Of a DNA stretch of 22,448 nucleotides, positions 16,460 through 22,448 are shown piece by piece. The notes below the pieces were generated by a model, which saw only the letters and a list, made by a program, of their open reading frames with translations, had not been told where the DNA came from and ran no database searches. The DNA is from Candidatus Sysuiplasma jiujiangense. Its GTDB lineage: Archaea; Thermoplasmatota; Thermoplasmata; Sysuiplasmatales; Sysuiplasmataceae. The translations under genes were made by a program, and so were the position numbers. How positions within the stretch are numbered: the stretch's first letter is position 1; the number at the start of each line of letters is the position of its first letter. The stretch covers positions 310,001 through 332,448 of the forward strand of contig JAHEAD010000001.1 of the NCBI GenBank assembly GCA_019721075.1, given 5' to 3'.

Positions 16460-17128
16460 ATGTCCGAAGTAAAAAGTAAACAAATAACTATTGCTATAAT
16501 TTCCTCAATCCTGTTTGCTTCAGGTATTTTCGGAGGTTTTCTCATTGCAAACGGACCACTTTCAGGGATCAGGGCAGCATCACCCCAAGCATCCGGCGCC
16601 TATCAGCTCGATCTCGTGATAACCACCAACAATTGGTATAATAATTCGATTGGTTATCAGCCATCTTACTTTGTTGTTCAAAATGGTAAACTGGTTTCTG
16701 CCGCAAACATATCCCTTCCAGGCAACGTGCCTATCCAAGTCACCATAGTGGATTATGATAATGGAAGTGCGATTGTCCCTTCCGAATTCGGCAACGTCAC
16801 TGGCGTGTCCGGCAATAGTGTATTCCTAATAAATAATACAAATGTCAATTCAACCAACAGCCAAAATGGGCATCTCATGGTAAATGGTGGTTACTCTGCA
16901 AGCCATTTTGTTCCCGACAGTATTGCCCACACTTTTACTATCTTCAGGAATGGCAAAGTGGTCGTAAACATACCTGTGATGCCTTCCTCTACTGAATATG
17001 CGACATTCACCCTGTCTCCGGGTTCTTATGAATGGCACTGCGAAGCGCTCTGTGGAAGCGGTCCATATGGTGCAGCCGGTGCAATGCTTACGCCTGGATG
17101 GATGGATGGAACGATTTCAGTCAGCTGA
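16460..17128 (+). CDS. Membrane-anchored cupredoxin-fold protein (sulfocyanin/CoxII-like)
   Basis: N-terminal TM/signal helix; HTFTI...PGSYEWHCEALCG...AM..PGWMDGTISV; several N-x-S/T sequons. Confidence 0.75.
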   Translation: MSEVKSKQITIAIISSILFASGIFGGFLIANGPLSGIRAASPQASGAYQLDLVITTNNWYNNSIGYQPSYFVVQNGKLVSAANISLPGNVPIQVTIVDYDNGSAIVPSEFGNVTGVSGNSVFLINNTNVNSTNSQNGHLMVNGGYSASHFVPDSIAHTFTIFRNGKVVVNIPVMPSSTEYATFTLSPGSYEWHCEALCGSGPYGAAGAMLTPGWMDGTISVS

Positions 17129-17327
17129 TTAAAACAGTATCAGCCATATTTAGGTACTAAACGTCTTCATTTTTATTCTATCACTCTGAACGAATTAAAT
17201 TTAATATTTTCATCATCCCGATATGTTATGAGTAATGGAAGCCAGCTATTCAATTATGGAAAACACAATTGTTAATATCTGGTTCAGTTTTCACATGTGT
17301 GACAATAATATTCCAGTGTGAATTAAT

Positions 17328-18317
17328 TTGATTTCAATATTCGTAATTCTGCGCAAAAGGTTCAAAAGTCTCTTTAACAGAAGGAGAGCACTTGCAATCA
17401 TTCTTTTTAGCCTGTGTGTGATTATATTCGGCACTGTGGCATTCTATCTTGCTGAACCTGTTCTGCCGTCCGGCCAGAAGAATACGTTGTTCCTGTCATT
17501 TTACTGGGTGATGGAAACCATAACGACTGTGGGCTACGGGGACATTTATCCGGACAGCGTATCTGCCAAAATTGTATTCTTTGCTGTAATAATTCTTGGT
17601 ATTGGTGCATTTGCAATGCTTGCAACCGAGGCTTCAGCATACATTATAGACGCAAAATTTTTAGAGTTCAGGGGATTACATCGTACCGCTTTGAAAAAAC
17701 ATGTTATCGTCGTCGGCTATAATGACTCGACTCAGGAGTTGATCAATCAGCTTTCCAGTCATAGCATTGATGCCCTTGTTATAGAATCGGGTTCAGATGC
17801 CTCCGCCATAAAATCGAGGGGAATTAATGTCATCGCCGGCGATCCTTTGTTGAGCGAAACTCTCGAAAGGGCGGGTATAGCGGATGCATACGCACTTGTC
17901 ATTTCGGAAAAGCAGGATGAGCTTGCGGTCATGGTTGCTTTGAAGGCAAGAGAGATAAATCCGTCTGTAAAGGTCGTTTCCACATGTGCCAAATTCGAAG
18001 ATTATGATATAATGAATGATGCGAAGATTGACACCGTAATACCGATATCCAGGATGCACGGCGGTATGCTTGCAAATGCCGTGACAGATTCAAATGGTAT
18101 GTCCTTTCTCCTGGATATAATTACTGAGGAGAATGGCATTGCTCTGGACGAATTTGACATAACGGAGGAAACAGTGCTTTCCTCACTCCCCTTGAAACCA
18201 AATGAAAAACCGATCGCTATATGGCGCGACGGCAAGGCTACCACGATATTTGAGCCAGCGACTAAATTGAAAAAGGGAGACTCTGTCATAATTCTCAGTG
18301 CGCTTCCATCAAAATAG
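17328..18317 (+). CDS. Potassium channel, MthK-like (2TM pore + RCK/TrkA domains)
   Basis: TTVGYGD selectivity filter, two TM helices, HVIVVGY...GDP...LERAGI..A RCK domain. Confidence 0.92.
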   Translation: MISIFVILRKRFKSLFNRRRALAIILFSLCVIIFGTVAFYLAEPVLPSGQKNTLFLSFYWVMETITTVGYGDIYPDSVSAKIVFFAVIILGIGAFAMLATEASAYIIDAKFLEFRGLHRTALKKHVIVVGYNDSTQELINQLSSHSIDALVIESGSDASAIKSRGINVIAGDPLLSETLERAGIADAYALVISEKQDELAVMVALKAREINPSVKVVSTCAKFEDYDIMNDAKIDTVIPISRMHGGMLANAVTDSNGMSFLLDIITEENGIALDEFDITEETVLSSLPLKPNEKPIAIWRDGKATTIFEPATKLKKGDSVIILSALPSK

Positions 18318-18389
18318 AAATTCATTTAGTGCATGGTGAAATTGCCGGAAGCGACACGTATGTTGTGAAGGTCTTTACCTAATAGGATC

Positions 18390-19100
18390 TATCCCGCTAC
18401 GGATCTTCGCCACCTTGTCAAGTTTTTGCTGGTGTCCTTTAACATGCTAGGTTCTGCCCCGCCTCTTTTCGCCAGAGCAAAATCATACTTTGCCTTCAAG
18501 GAAAGCCCACGGTAAGCATCCTCGCGACAGCACTTTGTTCTCTGGTTGCAATAAGGAAGTCACACCACCTTCCTTACCACTTGTCAGATAGTATGTAACG
18601 GAAGTGTACGCCGCTGGGCCACCATAGCCGTCCCGCGATCACTTCCTCCTTTCTGCACTAGGCTTGTCCATGACGACTTGAAGTAGCACATCCTGTTCGG
18701 CTCTGGATATCGCGCTATTATCAGGCGCGCCTTGCAGTCATGTTACTGACGCCGAGGTAACGCCCCAGCAGGCGTGCTTACCAATGGTTAGCATTCGAAG
18801 AGTTCTAATGCAGCATTGCCTGACTAAGCACTTTACGGACTCCTGAGGAAGGCCTGAAGCTCTATTCGCACATGTTGCATCCATTATTATGTCGTCGAGA
18901 CGCAGCAGTACGAAATGTTTCCTAGCCAAACCAACCGTATTTGGTCACGTGATGAGTTTCCAGATAATGTCGTCGTTCCTTATCCCATCGGCGGTCTTCG
19001 GCGCGATGCATGTGCTCAAAACGAGCAGTGAGGAGTGGAACTGCCACGAGATCAACTTTCAAATTCTTCTTTCTATACAGTCGCCAGAAAACTAAGTGAG
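18390..19100 (-). pseudogene. Heavily degraded DDE transposase remnant (IS5/IS4-superfamily-like)
   Basis: Fragments in shifting frames: DRRWDKE...KYGWFG / KHFVL and EEVIA/DGYGG, resembling the D.DA.W...FGYK.H and V.AD.GY motifs; boundaries approximate. Confidence 0.35.
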
Positions 19101-19244
19101 GATACACATCTCGCATTACACTGTGTGCAAGTCCCAGGCATACTTTGGTATCGCTCAACTTCAGTTACACTGAGATAGTCTGAACTCGATATAACAGCTT
19201 CTGGTAATGTATATAAGCTGAGGCAACCTTCTCTCTTCTGTGAG

Positions 19245-20039
19245 ATGATTGTGTCTTACTGTCCCAATTGTGGCAATCAGACAAATGTGGGGGCAAAATT
19301 CTGTGAGAATTGTGGTTATGCCCTCCAGAGTGCCACGGTTCAGACCATACAGACGCAGTCGCAGCGGGCTCCGGAACCCGTGTCAAAACTGGATTTTCTT
19401 AACGATGCCGTCATAAGAAATTATCCTCCCATCGCCCCAGCCACGAATCTGCCCTTCCGGCTGCAGGATGGAGAAATAATACTAAAGGAGTTCAGGCCGA
19501 AACGAAAGGTTATCGTCAAGTTCGCTTTTGGTGGGATAATAACTACCCTTTTTCTGTTACTTTTCCTGATCCTGCCACTCTCCTCGTTGTTACTTACTAC
19601 CAGCGCTTCAGGTGGCAAGGCACCTGCCGCGCTGATCGTGATCGTCGGCGTCTTTGGCGTCCTTGTGGCACTCATCCTGATATTGAGCATCGTTTCTGGT
19701 TTTCTGGGTTATAAGAAGTACAGCTACTGGATTACCAACCATAGGACAATAGGCAGGCGCGGAATAATCGGATACACAATGGATTCCATGCCGCTGGAAA
19801 ACGTCGCGGATGTTATAATCTCCAGAGGGATAATAGACAGAATACTTGGCCTTTCGACCGTGTATATTCAACCCATAGGAGGATCTGGTTTCATGGTGCC
19901 TGTCAGGGGAATGGGTTTAAATAGATTTGGAGGTACTAATAATTTCCAGGGACTGACCCCTAGCGAAGCCCCTGACATACAACAATTAATTTTTCATCTT
20001 CGGGATTTAAGGAAGAGGGAAACGGGTAGAATACTCTGA
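19245..20039 (+). CDS. Zinc-ribbon plus bacterial-PH-domain (bPH_2-like) membrane protein
   Basis: CPNCG...AKFCENCG, two TM helices, YWITNHR....RGIIG.....PLENVADV.ISRGIIDRILGL.TVYI. Confidence 0.85.
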   Translation: MIVSYCPNCGNQTNVGAKFCENCGYALQSATVQTIQTQSQRAPEPVSKLDFLNDAVIRNYPPIAPATNLPFRLQDGEIILKEFRPKRKVIVKFAFGGIITTLFLLLFLILPLSSLLLTTSASGGKAPAALIVIVGVFGVLVALILILSIVSGFLGYKKYSYWITNHRTIGRRGIIGYTMDSMPLENVADVIISRGIIDRILGLSTVYIQPIGGSGFMVPVRGMGLNRFGGTNNFQGLTPSEAPDIQQLIFHLRDLRKRETGRIL

Positions 20040-20285
20040 GTGATTCTTCATCCAAAATGTAATGTATCGGTTCAACTGCGAATCTGCATGCACTATGTAT
20101 CTGTGAACACTTTCGCTTTCCTTGGTACAGAGCAGGGAAGTGGAACGCAGGAACATAAAACACGATGTCGAAACACTGAGACTGATATGGGATGAGATCG
20201 GTGCCCAGTTCTCCGAACCTGACACCGAACAGAGGAGAGGATGTGTGCCTTCTTCCTGACCGCCGCTCAGATGTTCAGTATCGTT

Positions 20286-21401
20286 TCACAAAGATCCGAC
20301 GACGGATAAGGATGGGTGATGGAGGAAAGGGAAGGAAAGTGGAGGTGGCGCGGCTGACTGTCCCGAAGCATAGACAGCATTGTGAGAGTTCAGGAATGCG
20401 CTTCCCATCTCCCTCAGCTCATCCCTGTTATAGTGGCATCAGTGGCTCTGAAGGAACGATGTCATCCTGCGGCTGACGGGAAGCTCGACGGGATGCACAC
20501 TGGGATCCTTCTTCGGATGGGATTTCACCACCATCTACGGATGCCTCCCAAGGAATCTACACACCTCGTCCGTGCCGTGGCAGGATGCCCCGTCGATGAA
20601 CAGTATTGCCTTCTTCAGCTTCTTCCTTTTGCAGTATGCAGCGACGGTAGACAGGTGTCTCCTGAACTTCACGTTCCTCCGCCGTGGGAAGGAATTTCAG
20701 ACAATGCTGCCTGTAGCGTAATCCAGCGTGATAAGGAAGTTACACCTGGTGGCATATCCGGACGTGGGCACGAACATCTCCGTTCCCTTCCTCACCCAGA
20801 CGGATTCAAGTCTGGCAAGCAGCTCCATTCATTTCTCATGCTCGAAGAAGACGCCGACGCCTCTGCTCCTGAGTGCGGGGACTACGCTATTGTAGTTATC
20901 GACGATCTTCCTTTTCCTGTAGTCCCTGTGTATCGACCCGGATGCCCTCAGCTTCGGTCTCCCCCAGGCGCACTTCTTCTCTATGAGTGCCCTCCTGACA
21001 GTCGATGCGCTCACATGCATGCCCTCCTTCTCAAGCTGCATGGCCATGTCGTCAATGGTCCATCTGCCCCTCCAGATGAAGAATTCGACAGGCTCATGGC
21101 ACAGCAGCTGCGGAATGCGTTTACTTGCCGCACTGCCATTTGAACTCAGCGCACGTTTCCTCTTCCTGTTCTTCAGCTCGGCGATGCCCTTCCTCATATA
21201 TCCGGCAGTTCAGACCGAAACAGTCTTTTCACTGACGCCGTGTATGGCAGCCACATCCCTGACGCTCGAACTGCCGCCCCTCATGACGATATCCGAGCCC
21301 CTCCTGTATTCGCATTTCGATTTCGCATGGCACTCCTTCATGAATGAGCTCAGCTCATTCACTCTCTCTGACGATAAAGTAATTCCAGACTCTGGAGGCA
21401 T
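20286..21401 (-). pseudogene. IS630-family transposase pseudogene
   Basis: One frame with internal stops at 21210, 20829, 20697, 20535 and 20439. HTH (VRDVAAIHGVSEKTV), winged HTH (WTIDDM...VSASTVRRAL), DDE motifs FFE(H)EK, LFIDGASCH, PKKDPSVHPVE. Confidence 0.85.
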
Positions 21402-21835
21402 CCCATCTCTCCAGACACCGGATGACACCGGGTAGATCACCTTTAACAAGAAGAATCGCTGAGAATATGGAATGAACATTTGAACGCGCAGCACCAGCAT
21501 GCGGCGGACACATTTCAGCCGGGTAGTCCTCAAATCATACGCAGGAATGCTAAGTGTGTTACCGAAAGGTAGCTGCAGCCTGTATTGCATGGAGTTGTGT
21601 AAGCGTTGTGTTTCAGCCTCTGACCTGATAAAATTCGTGTCCAATCACAGACACAGGGACTGCCGGTCTTAAACTGTTTCTTCATACGATATGTACGCTA
21701 AGTGTCAGAACCTCCGAACAGGATCGTAATCTTCGTACGAAGATCGAGTGAAATATGCCTGTATTCCTGCTTTCCGGTCCTTTTGCCGCCTGCCCGCCGA
21801 TCCTGTTATAACGTTCCGCCGCGAATCCACCCCTG

Positions 21836-22448
21836 ATGCAGGGTGTGCTGAACAGGGAGCGACTCTACAGGTCGCTCACAACACTCGACATATTCGTGGA
21901 CAGGGCACTGCACCTCACACCGAAGTCGACGACGCTGTCAGGCTTCAACTACAACAGAGACCTGCTGAAAGCGTCAATGGCTAACACTTACCTGGAGACT
22001 GTAGGCAGCAGGGCAGACAGCATTCATCTTGCTGTCAAGTCTGTGAATCCTTCAGACATATACTGGGCCTATCTCGGGACACTCCATGCCATGCTGCCCA
22101 GGACCGGCTTCACGGAGCATGATGCCGTCCTGGCCTTCGACCATACAGACGAGGAGTTCTACGGCAGCGTGGAAACTGCATGGATACACAACTGGACAGG
22201 GGAGCATGCGGTGACGGGCAGATTCAAATTCCTCACATGCGCACTCGTCGGCAGGGATGTGCCGGAGAAGGTGCCCCTCCTCTCCATCCCGGTGCACATA
22301 GGGTACAGCAACCCGGCCGATGTGTCGTTCATGCTGGAGCTTGTCCGCCCTCTGTTCCGCTCTATAAGGCTTGCCCTGTTCGACAGGGGGTTCTACAACA
22401 ACGAGCTCATGCTCACGCTCTCCAGTTCGAATGTGCCGTATCTCATAT
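21836..22448 (+). CDS. ISH3/IS4-like DDE transposase, 3'-partial
   Basis: Not in ORF track (runs off the edge). Manual translation is open from ATG 21836 (MQGVLNRERL...VLAFDHTDEEFYG...KFLTCALV...LALFDRGFY...VPYLI). TTATAA box 25-30 nt upstream. Confidence 0.85.
   Translation, partial: MQGVLNRERLYRSLTTLDIFVDRALHLTPKSTTLSGFNYNRDLLKASMANTYLETVGSRADSIHLAVKSVNPSDIYWAYLGTLHAMLPRTGFTEHDAVLAFDHTDEEFYGSVETAWIHNWTGEHAVTGRFKFLTCALVGRDVPEKVPLLSIPVHIGYSNPADVSFMLELVRPLFRSIRLALFDRGFYNNELMLTLSSSNVPYLI

Noticed and set aside
20382..21143. 253-aa plus-strand ORF
   Set aside because: Antisense to the IS630 pseudogene, whose DDE/HTH motifs explain the sequence.
20439..21212. TGA-to-Trp recoding of the IS630 transposase
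   Set aside because: A TAG stop and a mutated catalytic Asp are also present, TGG codons are used, and neighbouring genes use TGA as stop.
20211..21720. GTGTCAG/CTGACAC and CTCCGAAC matches near 20211-20226 and 21702-21719 as IS terminal repeats
   Set aside because: Only 7-8 nt matches in inconsistent orientation, with no target duplication identified.

Overview
Archaeal window, most likely Thermoplasmata (archaeal RpoL/Rpo11, archaeal TruD, an intron-containing tRNA, TATA-box promoters). Bases 1-~7320 are one end of an integrated element, probably a provirus, next to the 3' end of tRNA-Gly(TCC). Its tyrosine integrase stop codon lies inside the tRNA T-arm. The element has a tightly overlapping rightward operon of small virus-like genes (RHH, Zn-finger/ASCH, several Zn fingers, Sm-like, MazG-like, integrase) and a divergent winged-helix repressor. 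Most striking: downstream of the repressor is an array of cargo genes (two distantly related beta-rich + HEPN-like proteins and a 2-TM protein). These are separated by ~50-bp direct repeats copying the repressor's own last ~16 codons (KVAELLKKIEEVLEG*). The repeats are diverged at wobble positions but share an invariant 22-nt core, and mini-ORFs link the units translationally. This resembles an integron-like cassette array anchored in the repressor 3' end. The rest is host chromosome (rpoL, truD, giant TPR protein, NDH-2, cupredoxin-like protein, MthK-like K+ channel, zinc-ribbon/bPH membrane protein) ending in decayed and partial IS elements. All assignments are by eye; no searches were run.
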